Assembly (NCBI GenBank): GCA_963663895.2
Contig: CAXXRD010000001.1
Coordinates: 576,001 to 640,000, forward strand
Origin: Dehalococcoidia bacterium
GTDB taxonomy: Bacteria > Chloroflexota > Dehalococcoidia > Bin125
Direction of reading: 5' to 3'
DNA length: 64,000 bases
Part shown: piece after piece, positions 18,800 to 28,065 of the stretch
Layout of the letters: each line of letters starts with the position of its first letter
Position numbering within the stretch: position 1 is the first letter of the stretch
Notes under the pieces: model-generated
What the model was told of the DNA's origin: nothing
What the model saw: only the letters and a program-made list of their open reading frames with translations
The model's database searches: none
Program-made: the position numbers and the translations under genes

Positions 18800-19573
18800 C
18801 TACACCGCCAGGTAGCCACCGTCGACCACGAAGGCGGCCCCCGTCACGTAAGAAGCTTCGGGCGAGGCCAGGAAGGCAACGGCGGCGGCGATCTCGTCGG
18901 CCGTTCCCATCCGTCCTATCGGCTGCGCCTCGTTCGCGATCCGCTCCGCCTCCTTAGGGTCATCGGCGCCGTTGATGTAATCCCAGCTCAACTGCGTGGC
19001 GATGATGCCGGGACAAACGCAGTTGGCGCGGATCCCCTGCTTGGCGTACTCGGTCGCCAGCGTGCGCGTCATATTAATCATGCCCGCCTTCGCCGCGTTG
19101 TAGCCAACGTTGCCCGGCCAGGACACCTCGCCCGCGATCGAGGAGACGTTGATGACGATGCCGGAGCCGCGCGCCAGGAAGTGCGGCAGCGCCGCGCGCG
19201 CCATCACGAACGGGATCGTGAGGTGGATCGCGAGCATCCGCTCCCAGAGTTCGTCGTTGTAATCGGCGAAGGCGACCGGCTGCGTCACGTCGAGCCCGGC
19301 GTTCCCCACGATCACCTCCAGGTCACCCAGCCGCTCGATCGCGTCGGACACCAACCGGACCGCCTGGACGCGATCGGTGAGGTCAGCCTGGAACGTCTCC
19401 GCCCGGACGCCGCGGGCGCGAAGCTCGCCCGCCACGCTTTCCGCTTCGTCCATATGCGCGTAGCCGCACACGGCGATGTCGCGCCCCTGCTCGGCGAGCT
19501 TGCGCGCCGACGCCGCACCGATGCCACGCGACGACCCGGTAACGAGCGCAGGACCTAACTTCTCCGCGCCCAT
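18800..19573 (-). CDS. Short-chain dehydrogenase/reductase
   Basis: TGSSRGIG, NAG, YNAAK, VVDGGY. Confidence 0.93.
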   Translation of the reverse strand: MGAEKLGPALVTGSSRGIGAASARKLAEQGRDIAVCGYAHMDEAESVAGELRARGVRAETFQADLTDRVQAVRLVSDAIERLGDLEVIVGNAGLDVTQPVAFADYNDELWERMLAIHLTIPFVMARAALPHFLARGSGIVINVSSIAGEVSWPGNVGYNAAKAGMINMTRTLATEYAKQGIRANCVCPGIIATQLSWDYINGADDPKEAERIANEAQPIGRMGTADEIAAAVAFLASPEASYVTGAAFVVDGGYLAV

Positions 19574-19823
19574 TGCGCTTCCTTTCACAAAATCTATCGG
19601 GGATCGCCGTTCGGCCGACCTCTTTGGGAGGCGGATCCTCCAGCACTCCCGACCATAATGTCAATGAGCCGCTCCCAAGCCGAACCACGTTCGAAAACCT
19701 ATCCAATCCTCCTATACTCCGCACCATGAGAGGCTGCGCTGCGTGCTGCGAGAAGCACGGCGCGGATAATGGAGCGAGCGCTGCCGCCGATCGAGCGACA
19801 GCGTTTTAAGAAAGGAGTGCGAG

Positions 19824-21554
19824 ATGTCCCTTGAAGACCGCCGGAGGACGCTGCGCGGGCGCAGCGTAAGCAGGCGCGCGCTGCTTTCCGCAGCGGGGTC
19901 GGCTGGCGTTGGCGCCGCGGGCCTCGCTCTCGTTGGCTGTGGCGACGACGATGATGCCGATGCAGATGCCGTAGCGGAGACCGCCGAGCCCGCCGCGCCC
20001 GCACCGGAGCCGGAGGTGGTCGCAGAGGCGCCCGCCGGGCCGGTATCGGGCGGGATTCTGCGCGAGGGCTACAGCCGCGGCAGCGAGCGCATGGACCCTA
20101 TCGCGGCGTTGTGGTGGGACGGGTCGTCGTTCCCCGCGGTGCATGAGACGCTCTTCGCCCTCGACGAAAACGCCGAGAACCTGCCGCTGCTCGCCGCCGG
20201 CTGGGAGATCAGCGATGACGGACTCAGCTGGAACTTCCAGATGCGCGACGGGCTGACGTTCCACACCGGCAAGCCGATCAATGCGGAAACCGTGGCCGCT
20301 TCGCTGAATTGGACCAACAACCCCGAGGGCGGCGGCTTCGTCTTCCTGTTCTGGGGACCGGTCGAGAGCATCACCGCGACCCCGGACAACACCGTACGGA
20401 TCGACTTCTCCCACCCCTTCATCGGATTCCCCACGGTCGCCAACAACGGCTACGCCACGGTGTTCGACACGGAGCTGTGGGAGCAGCTGCGCGGCGATTA
20501 CGGCACGACCGGCGAGGACGGAGGCAGCGGACCCTTCACGCTGACCGAGTACGTCCCGGGAAGCCATCTGGAGGTGGCGCGCTGGGCCGACTACCAGGGT
20601 TCCACGTTGCCCTTCCATCAAAACCAGGGCCCGGCATACATCGACGGCATTCGCTGGGTCGACGTGCCGGAGGCCGCGACGCGGGCGGCCGAGCTCGAAG
20701 AGGGCAACATCGACGCCCTGCACGCACCTGCGTTCTCCGACGTCCAGCGGCTGAAGGACAACCCCGACTTGGTCGTGATCGAGAACGTGACCTGGGGCCA
20801 CTACTTCATGGGCCTCAACCACGAGCGCGCCAACCTGGGATTCAACGACCCGCGCGTGCGGCTCGCGATCTCCAAGGCGATCAACCGCCAAGCGATCGTC
20901 GACACCGTCTTCTTTGGCTCGGGTGAGCCGGCCTACGGCTTCGTGCCCACGGCCGACAAGTACTACGACGCCGGCGTCGTCGACTTCAGCCAATACGACC
21001 CCGAAACCGCCGCCAGTTTGCTCGACGCAGCGGGCTGGTCGATCGGCAGCGACGGCATCCGCGAATCCGGCGGGGACCGCATGTCGTTCACTCTTCCCTC
21101 CGAGCCCGCGGATGAGGAAACCCAAGTCGCTCAGGCGGTCCAGGAGTTCCTGCGTGACGCAGGCGTCGATATGAACTTCACCCCGACGGAAACCGTCTTC
21201 GGGGACATCATTGAGGGAGACATCGACGGCTACTTCTTCAACAACCTCTGGCACGACATGATCGACGGCACCCTCTTCTGGGCGAAAGGGGAGTTCATCG
21301 GCGGCTGCTGCAACGGCGCCCGCGCCAACATCCCCGAGGTCAACGAGGGCTACGACAAGTGGATCATGGCGGCGACCGAAGAGGAGCGCGAAGCAGCCTC
21401 ACGCCAGATCCAGCTCGCCGCGGCGGAGCAGGTGCCGTTCCTGCCCATCGTGACGCCCGCCAACGTCTGGGTGCACAACCAGCGCGTACACGGCTGGGAT
21501 CCGCTGCAGCCCAACCTCTACCCCTTCTACCAAGACGTTTGGATCGAGGCGTAG
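19824..21554 (+). CDS. ABC transporter substrate-binding protein, family 5, Tat-exported lipoprotein
   Basis: SRRALL Tat motif, LVGC lipobox, LAAGWEISDDGLSWNFQMRDGLTFHTG, GSGPF, DPRVRLAISKAINR; AAGGAG RBS. Confidence 0.93.
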   Translation: MSLEDRRRTLRGRSVSRRALLSAAGSAGVGAAGLALVGCGDDDDADADAVAETAEPAAPAPEPEVVAEAPAGPVSGGILREGYSRGSERMDPIAALWWDGSSFPAVHETLFALDENAENLPLLAAGWEISDDGLSWNFQMRDGLTFHTGKPINAETVAASLNWTNNPEGGGFVFLFWGPVESITATPDNTVRIDFSHPFIGFPTVANNGYATVFDTELWEQLRGDYGTTGEDGGSGPFTLTEYVPGSHLEVARWADYQGSTLPFHQNQGPAYIDGIRWVDVPEAATRAAELEEGNIDALHAPAFSDVQRLKDNPDLVVIENVTWGHYFMGLNHERANLGFNDPRVRLAISKAINRQAIVDTVFFGSGEPAYGFVPTADKYYDAGVVDFSQYDPETAASLLDAAGWSIGSDGIRESGGDRMSFTLPSEPADEETQVAQAVQEFLRDAGVDMNFTPTETVFGDIIEGDIDGYFFNNLWHDMIDGTLFWAKGEFIGGCCNGARANIPEVNEGYDKWIMAATEEEREAASRQIQLAAAEQVPFLPIVTPANVWVHNQRVHGWDPLQPNLYPFYQDVWIEA

Positions 21555-21586
21555 AGAAGCAGCGAAGCAACCCGGGATCGCGATCG

Positions 21587-21618
21587 GGCCGGAGGCGGCG
21601 GATCCGCCGCCTCCGGCC
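21587..21618. terminator. Perfect 32-bp palindrome between SBP and permease genes (mRNA-stabilising or attenuating hairpin)
   Basis: GGCCGGAGGCGGCGGA|TCCGCCGCCTCCGGCC; no U-tract. Confidence 0.7.
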
Positions 21619-21643
21619 TGCGGAGCGCAGGGAGTAGGCTTCC

Positions 21644-22579
21644 GTGCTGCGCTATCTGCTGTGGCGGTCGGTCTACACCGTCGCCGTCATCTTCGCGGCG
21701 TCCCTCGTCATCTTTTTCACGCTGCGGATCTCACCGGGGACGCCCGAGTTCATCATCCATCAGCCCATGGCGGCCGAGGAAGAGCGCCAGCGCTTCCGGG
21801 AGGAGCAGGGGCTCAACGATCCCATCATCGTCCAGTACGGGAACTTCCTGGGGGACGTGTTCCGAGGCGATCTCGGGACCTCGATCGACAGCAATATCCC
21901 GGTCGTCGACCTGATCGCCGAGTTCGGCAAAAACAGCGCCATCCTCGTCGCGGCCGGCGTGCTGGTCACCTTCAGCATCGCCATCCCCCTCGGCGTGATC
22001 GCCGCCGTCAAGCGCAACAGCTGGATCGACCAGACGATCATGGGCTTCGCCGCCCTCGGCATGGGCATTCCCAACTTCATCCTGGCGCTGTTCTTGATCC
22101 TGGTCATCGGCATCGAGCTGGACTGGCTGCCCATCTCCGGCAAAGGCGGCATTAAGCACCTCATCTTGCCCACTATCGTTCTCGCGGCGGAGGGGGTCGC
22201 CGTGATGCTGCGCCTGATGCGCGCCTCCATGCTGGATCAGCTCCAGCAGGACTACATCCGCACGCTCCGCGCTAAAGGGCTGAGTCGCTGGCGCACCATC
22301 TGGCAGCACGCGCTTCGCAACGCGCTGCTGCCGATCATCTCGCTCTCGGCGCTCCAAGTCGCGGCACTGATCGGCTACACCTTCGTGGTGGAGACGATCT
22401 TCCGCTGGCCCGGCATCAGCCGGCTGTTGATCGAGAGCATCCTCCAGCGCGACTACCCGGTCGCCTTGATGATCACCTTGCTCTTTACGATCGCGGTCAT
22501 CCTCGCCAACTTCGTCGCCAACATCGCCTACAGCCTCGTGGACCCCCGTATCCGCCAGGAAACGATGCTGCGCGTATGA
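21644..22579 (+). CDS. Peptide/nickel ABC transporter permease (DppB/OppB-like)
   Basis: GLNDP..QY, GDLGTS, DYIRTLRAKGL..HALRNA, DPRIR. Confidence 0.93.
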   Translation: MLRYLLWRSVYTVAVIFAASLVIFFTLRISPGTPEFIIHQPMAAEEERQRFREEQGLNDPIIVQYGNFLGDVFRGDLGTSIDSNIPVVDLIAEFGKNSAILVAAGVLVTFSIAIPLGVIAAVKRNSWIDQTIMGFAALGMGIPNFILALFLILVIGIELDWLPISGKGGIKHLILPTIVLAAEGVAVMLRLMRASMLDQLQQDYIRTLRAKGLSRWRTIWQHALRNALLPIISLSALQVAALIGYTFVVETIFRWPGISRLLIESILQRDYPVALMITLLFTIAVILANFVANIAYSLVDPRIRQETMLRV

Positions 22580-23508
22580 GCGCCCTCCAAGACGCGGCCC
22601 TCTGGCACGAGCCGCCGGCGCCCGAGCAGACCCGCCGGCACCAGCTCCACGCCGGCCTGCGGCTGCTGGCGCGCAACCGGCTGGCGCTGATCGGCGGCGG
22701 CATCAGCCTCGTTTTCGTGCTCATCGGCATCGCAGGCATCGTTATCATCGGCTTCGATCGGTTCCACGATCTCTACCTCGACCAGACCCTCGACTCCGCC
22801 GTCATCCTGCGGGCGCCCTTCACAGGCGAGAACGTCCTGGGCACCGACGCCCTCGGCCGCGACCTGCTCGCGCGCACCGTGGCCGGGATCGGCGTATCGA
22901 TCATGCTGGCGCTGGCGATCACGGCCCTGACGCTCATCATCGGCATGGTGCTGGGCACCGTCGCGGCCTTCTACGGCGGCTGGATCGACGTGGTGATCAG
23001 TGCCGTCATCGACGTGACCTGGGGCTTTCCCATCATCCTGCTGGCGGTGGCGCTGTCCGGCGTCTTCGACCGAGGGATCGAAGTCGTGATCCTCTCGGTC
23101 CCGCTGATCCTTTGGGCCGGCTTCGCACGGATCGTGCGCGGAGAAGGGCTCAGCCTGCGGGAACGGGACTTCGTTAAGGCCGCCCGCGCGATGGGCGTGC
23201 CGGACTGGAAGATCATCCTGCGGCACTTCGTGCCGAACCTCGTCGCCCCGACGATCGTCATGGGCACCTACTACATCCCCGTGGTGATCGTGTTCGAAGG
23301 CGCACTCTCTTTCCTCGGCCTCGGGACGCAACCGCCAACGCCAAGCCTCGGGCTCATGGCGGCTGAAGGCCGGCAGCATCTCCTCAATGGCGATCACTGG
23401 GTCGTTACGGTGCCCGGCGTTTCGCTCGTGCTGATGGTGGTCGGCTTCAACACCCTTGGGGATGGCCTGCGCGACATCCTCGATCCCAGACTGCGAGGCG
23501 TGCGATGA
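22576..23508 (+). CDS. Peptide/nickel ABC transporter permease (DppC/OppC-like)
   Basis: LGTDALGRDLLAR, FVKAARAMG..RHFVPN, LSFLGLG, LGDGLRD. Confidence 0.93.
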   Translation: MSALQDAALWHEPPAPEQTRRHQLHAGLRLLARNRLALIGGGISLVFVLIGIAGIVIIGFDRFHDLYLDQTLDSAVILRAPFTGENVLGTDALGRDLLARTVAGIGVSIMLALAITALTLIIGMVLGTVAAFYGGWIDVVISAVIDVTWGFPIILLAVALSGVFDRGIEVVILSVPLILWAGFARIVRGEGLSLRERDFVKAARAMGVPDWKIILRHFVPNLVAPTIVMGTYYIPVVIVFEGALSFLGLGTQPPTPSLGLMAAEGRQHLLNGDHWVVTVPGVSLVLMVVGFNTLGDGLRDILDPRLRGVR

Positions 23509-24500
23509 CGGCCGACGCGACACTCCTCCGCATCCTTGATCTCACCGTCGACCTCGCCACCGAGGAGGGCAAGGTCCGCCCTGTGGACGGCGTCTCCCTC
23601 TCCCTAGCCACCGGGGAGATCCTGGGGCTCGTCGGGGAAAGTGGATGCGGCAAGACGATGACCGCCCTCGCGATCATGCGCCTCCTGCCCGAGCCGGGCT
23701 CCCGCACCAGTGGCGCCGTTCGGCTCATGGACCGCGACCTCCTGGCCCTGCCGGAGGCCGACATGCGACGCGTGCGCGGCCCTTCGATCTCGATGATCTT
23801 CCAGGAACCGATGACCAGTCTCGACCCGGTCTTCACGATCGGCCATCAATTAACGGAAACCATGCGCGCCCACCACAAGATCGGCCGCCACGAGGCCCGT
23901 GAACGCGCCATCGGCATCCTGGAACGCGTTGGCATTCCCAACCCCGCGCAACGCCTGAACGACTACCCGCACCAGCTCTCCGGCGGCATGCGGCAGCGTG
24001 TCATGATCGCGATCGCCCTCATCCTCGAGCCGCAGCTTCTTATCGCGGACGAACCCACGACGGCCCTGGACGTCACTATCCAGGCCCAGATCCTCGAATT
24101 GATCGACGACCTCCGCCAGCGCTCGCACATGAGCGTGCTCCTGATCAGCCACGACCTCGCCGTGGTCGGACAGGTGGCCGAACGCGTCGCCGTCATGTAC
24201 GCGGGGGAGGTCGTCGAGACCATGCCCACGACCAGCCTCTTCGTCGCACCGCGCCACCCCTACACCCAGGGCCTGCTCCGCTGTATCCCAGGCCTCGCGC
24301 ACGACAGCGGCGCAACCGAAGCCCGCCTCCATGTGATCGAGGGGCGCGTCCCGGAACTGCGGAACTTGCCGCCGGCGTGTCGTTTCGCCCCTCGCTGCCC
24401 TTACGCTATGGACCGCTGCTGGAACGAGCGTCCCCAACTGGAGAAGGTCGCGGATGAGCAATACCTCCGCTGCTGGAACCCGCAGCCCTTCCGTGCCTGA
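23505..24500 (+). CDS. Peptide ABC transporter ATP-binding protein (DppD/OppD-like)
   Basis: GESGCGKT, LSGGMRQR, IADEPT, HPYT, C-terminal CRFAPRC. Confidence 0.95.
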   Translation: MTADATLLRILDLTVDLATEEGKVRPVDGVSLSLATGEILGLVGESGCGKTMTALAIMRLLPEPGSRTSGAVRLMDRDLLALPEADMRRVRGPSISMIFQEPMTSLDPVFTIGHQLTETMRAHHKIGRHEARERAIGILERVGIPNPAQRLNDYPHQLSGGMRQRVMIAIALILEPQLLIADEPTTALDVTIQAQILELIDDLRQRSHMSVLLISHDLAVVGQVAERVAVMYAGEVVETMPTTSLFVAPRHPYTQGLLRCIPGLAHDSGATEARLHVIEGRVPELRNLPPACRFAPRCPYAMDRCWNERPQLEKVADEQYLRCWNPQPFRA

Positions 24501-25494
24501 AGCGCCGCCGCTCCTCGAGGTCCACAACCTCAGCAAGCGCTTCCCGGTGCGGCGCGACCTCCTGGGCCGTCCCACGAGCTGGCTCAGCGCCGTCGACGCG
24601 GTGAGCTTCACGATCCGGCGCGGCGAAACGTTCAGCATCGTCGGCGAAACCGGCTGCGGGAAGAGCACGCTGGGACACCTGATCATCCGCCTGCAGCCTG
24701 CGGATACGGGCAGCGTCCTTTTCGACGGCGAGGCCGTTCTCAGCTCCAGTCGTCACCATCTTGGGCAGCTGCGGCAGCGGATGCAGCTCGTCTTCCAAGA
24801 CCCGTTTTCCTCGTTAAACCCACGGATGAAGGTCGGCGCGATCGTCTCGGAAGGCATGCACCGCCTTCGTCTCGGCCGCGCGAACCAACGCCGCCGTACC
24901 CAGGAAGTCTTGGAGATGGTCAGGCTCGCTCAATCCTACGCCGCTCGCTACCCGCACGAGCTCAGCGGCGGACAGCGCCAGCGCGTCGCGATCGCGCGCG
25001 CGCTGGCCGCCAATCCTGAGTTCCTCATCCTGGACGAGCCGGTCAGCGCGCTCGACGTCTCGATCCAAAGCCAGGTGCTGAATCTCCTCCACGACCTCCA
25101 GCAGGAACTCAACCTCACCTACCTCTTCATCAGCCATGATCTGGCAGTCGTGCGCCACATCTCGGACCGGGTCGGAGTAATGTACCTGGGCAAGCTGGTC
25201 GAAACGGCGGACCGGGATGATCTCTTCGGAAACCCGCTTCATCCCTACACGCAAGCGTTGCTATCCGCGATTCCGCGTCCCCAAGCCCGCGACCAGCACC
25301 GGGATCGCATTAGCCTCGAAGGGGAAGCCCTAAGCCCGATCGACCCGCCACGGCAGTGCCGATTCGCCAGCCGCTGCTTCCGCGTGATCGATCGTTGCTG
25401 GACGGAGGTGCCACCGACGGAGTCACAGAAACCCGAGCACGACGCTGCTTGCTTTAACATCGCCCCGCCCACCGATGCAACGGCGGGTCCGTAA
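24493..25494 (+). CDS. Peptide ABC transporter ATP-binding protein (DppF/OppF-like)
   Basis: GETGCGKS, LSGGQRQR, LDEPVSALD, HPYT, CRFASRC; GTG start overlapping the previous gene. Confidence 0.95.
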   Translation: MPEAPPLLEVHNLSKRFPVRRDLLGRPTSWLSAVDAVSFTIRRGETFSIVGETGCGKSTLGHLIIRLQPADTGSVLFDGEAVLSSSRHHLGQLRQRMQLVFQDPFSSLNPRMKVGAIVSEGMHRLRLGRANQRRRTQEVLEMVRLAQSYAARYPHELSGGQRQRVAIARALAANPEFLILDEPVSALDVSIQSQVLNLLHDLQQELNLTYLFISHDLAVVRHISDRVGVMYLGKLVETADRDDLFGNPLHPYTQALLSAIPRPQARDQHRDRISLEGEALSPIDPPRQCRFASRCFRVIDRCWTEVPPTESQKPEHDAACFNIAPPTDATAGP

Positions 25495-25546
25495 TGCGCG
25501 AACAGATCGATCCAGTGGAGCCGCACGCAAAAGATCGGAGAGCACA

Positions 25547-26002
25547 ATGCACAGGCTCATGCTGATCCAACTCAACCACGACGACCCCAATCACTTCCGC
25601 GTCATCGCCGATAGCGCAGACGATTCCGTGTCGGAAGCGAGCCCGGCCGCCGTCCCAGCCGCCGCCGGCGGCGCCGGCTGGGAAGAGTTCGATGACTCCA
25701 CAGGCTTCAGCAGTCCGTATGCCACCGTGCCCTGTGAAGGCAAAGTCAGTGATCTCGGCTATTGGTACGTGAACAAGACCGGCAACGTCCTGGACTATGA
25801 CTTCGTCGCGGCGGGCCTATCCGAACGCAAGGTGATCACGAGCGGCGAGCTGCACGCCGAATACAACGGGCGGCGCTACGTCGCGAAGGCCGGCGACAGC
25901 ATGCTGTTCCTCACCGATCCCGAGGAAGACCAACCCTTCCTCGTCCGCTTCCTCGGCGACCACGAGTGCACCATCGTCTACACGGAGTACGCTCTGCCCT
26001 AG
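25547..26002 (+). CDS. Hypothetical protein with cupin-like (EutQ/DUF861-like) C-terminal barrel
   Basis: GGAGAG RBS; E.KVITSGEL..NGRRYVAKAGDSMLF pattern. Confidence 0.55.
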   Translation: MHRLMLIQLNHDDPNHFRVIADSADDSVSEASPAAVPAAAGGAGWEEFDDSTGFSSPYATVPCEGKVSDLGYWYVNKTGNVLDYDFVAAGLSERKVITSGELHAEYNGRRYVAKAGDSMLFLTDPEEDQPFLVRFLGDHECTIVYTEYALP

Positions 26003-26038
26003 CCGCGCGCATAACGAGGACGGGGACGGGAAAGCGAA

Positions 26039-27604
26039 ATGACTGCGGATTGGATCGTCGTCGGCGGGGGCCATAACGGCCTCACCTGCGCCGCCTACCT
26101 GAGCAAGGCCGGCGAGGACGTTCTCGTGCTGGAACGGCGCGACGTCCTGGGCGGCTGCGGCACGAGCGAGCCAGCAATCCCCGAACTCCCCGGCTTCACC
26201 TTCAATCCCGGTGCCTTCGACTTGCTGGGAATCCGGGAGCAACCGTTCTTTCACGACCTCGAACTCGAGAAGAACGGCCTCGAACTGCTGACAGTGGAGC
26301 CGATGTTCCTCATGCCGTTCCCCGACGGCCACCGCATCTTCTTCTGGCGTGACCTGCACCGAACCGCCGAGGAGATCGCAACCGTCTCGCCCCGCGACGC
26401 CGAGCGCTACGTCACCTGGGTCGAGTTCTGGGCGCAAGCCTTCGAGATGCTCGATCCCATCAACACCGGCGCGCCGCCCTCGTTCGCCGCCATGGCCTCG
26501 CTCATGGAGGACTCGCCCGAGGTCGAGGAGCTGCTGCGCGTCATGATGATGCCCGCCCGGCAGTACATCTACGAAACGTTCGATTCCACGCAGATGCAGG
26601 GGCTCGGCGCCTTCATGGCGCTCCAGACCAAGAGCTCGCTGGACCAACCTGGCTCGGCGCTCGCGATGACCGAGCTCGTCATGAGCCACTACGGAGGCGT
26701 CTACCGGCCCCGGGGAGGCATCGGGCAGGTCTCCGCCGCCGTCGCGCGCGCCTTGCAATCGTACGGGGGACGCATTCAGCCCGAAGCCGCCGTCGCCGAA
26801 CTTCTCGTGCAGGACGGCCGCGTCCGCGGGGTGCGGCTCGACGACGGCGAGCGGCTGGAGGCCCGCAAGGGCGTCGTCACGGCGATCGCGCCCCAGACGG
26901 TGTTCCTCGAGATGATCGCGCAGGAGCACCTAGAGCAAGCCTTCTTGCACCGCGTCCGCCATCTGCAGAACGACAACACCGCCGTCATCAAGGCCTATTA
27001 CGCGCTCTCCGCGCCGCCGCAGTTCTCGCCCGTGGGCGACGACGGCAGCCGGCCTGAGTTCCGCATCCCCGCCGCGATGATCACGCCCAGCGTGGACTAC
27101 GCGGACGCCATGTGGGCGGAGATCCGGCGTCGCGAGATCCCCGCGCACCCCTGGATCTGGTGCACGTTCTCGACGGGGCTCGACCCCAGCATGGCGCCGC
27201 CGGGACAGCACGCCCTGGGCCTGCACTGCTGGGTGCCCTATGAACTCGCCGATCAGCGCGACTGGGACGAGGCCAAAGAGGAAGCCGCGATGCGCATGTT
27301 CGACACCTACTGCGCGTACGCGCCCAACCTCAAGGACAAGCTGCTCGGCTGGGCGGCGCGGACGCCAAAGGACTGGGAGCAGATCGTCGGCATTCCCAAG
27401 GGCAACAACTTCCACATCGACATGGTGCCGCACCAGGTCTTCGGCTTCCGGCCGCTGCCGGAACTCTCGAACTACCGGACCCCGATCGGCGGACTCTATC
27501 TGACCGGAGCCGGCACCCATCCCGGTCCGGCGATTACCGGCCTCCCAGGGCACAACACGGCTCAAGAGATCCTGCGCGACCTGGGGAAGGTGGAGGACGA
27601 CTAG
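26039..27604 (+). CDS. Phytoene desaturase-family FAD-dependent oxidoreductase
   Basis: VVGGGHNGLTCAAYL..VLERR..GG, PRGGIG, YRTPIGGLYLTGAGTHPG. Confidence 0.92.
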   Translation: MTADWIVVGGGHNGLTCAAYLSKAGEDVLVLERRDVLGGCGTSEPAIPELPGFTFNPGAFDLLGIREQPFFHDLELEKNGLELLTVEPMFLMPFPDGHRIFFWRDLHRTAEEIATVSPRDAERYVTWVEFWAQAFEMLDPINTGAPPSFAAMASLMEDSPEVEELLRVMMMPARQYIYETFDSTQMQGLGAFMALQTKSSLDQPGSALAMTELVMSHYGGVYRPRGGIGQVSAAVARALQSYGGRIQPEAAVAELLVQDGRVRGVRLDDGERLEARKGVVTAIAPQTVFLEMIAQEHLEQAFLHRVRHLQNDNTAVIKAYYALSAPPQFSPVGDDGSRPEFRIPAAMITPSVDYADAMWAEIRRREIPAHPWIWCTFSTGLDPSMAPPGQHALGLHCWVPYELADQRDWDEAKEEAAMRMFDTYCAYAPNLKDKLLGWAARTPKDWEQIVGIPKGNNFHIDMVPHQVFGFRPLPELSNYRTPIGGLYLTGAGTHPGPAITGLPGHNTAQEILRDLGKVEDD

Positions 27605-27608
27605 TCAC

Positions 27609-28064
27609 GTGCCTACCGCTCAGCGCACCTTCGAAGTGCAGGCCCCCGCCGCCACGGTCTGGGCCTTCCTCAGCAACCTCGAGCGCCTCGGCCCCTGCTT
27701 GCCGGGCTGTACGGGCGTCGATCTCCTCTCGCCGACGGAGGCGGACTGGCGGATGGAGACGAAGATCGGCTTCATCCGCAAGCGCTTCGTGGTGCGCACC
27801 AGGACGACCACGCTGGAAGAGCCGGCGCACGCGGCTTGGACCGGTGAATCGGACGACCTCACCGCGAGTGGGACGATCGATGTGCGCCCGCGCGCGCCGG
27901 ACCGCACGGAAGTCACCTACCGCGGCACGGTCAAGGGGCAGGGCCCGGCCCGGCAGCTGCTCAATCGCTACTTCAAGTCCCGTCTGGACCGCGATATCGA
28001 CGCCTTCGTCGCCAACGTGCGCGCCGCCTTGCAGCCAGAAGCCGCGCCTGCCTCAGATCCCTGA
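27609..28064 (+). CDS. SRPBCC/CoxG family protein
   Basis: FEVQAP..VWAFL..LGPCLPGC, TEVTY. Confidence 0.85.
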   Translation: MPTAQRTFEVQAPAATVWAFLSNLERLGPCLPGCTGVDLLSPTEADWRMETKIGFIRKRFVVRTRTTTLEEPAHAAWTGESDDLTASGTIDVRPRAPDRTEVTYRGTVKGQGPARQLLNRYFKSRLDRDIDAFVANVRAALQPEAAPASDP

Positions 28065-28065
28065 C

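Noticed and set aside
26039-27604. Carotenoid biosynthesis gene crtI
   Set aside because: No crtB/crtE nearby; the context is catabolic and the family is broad
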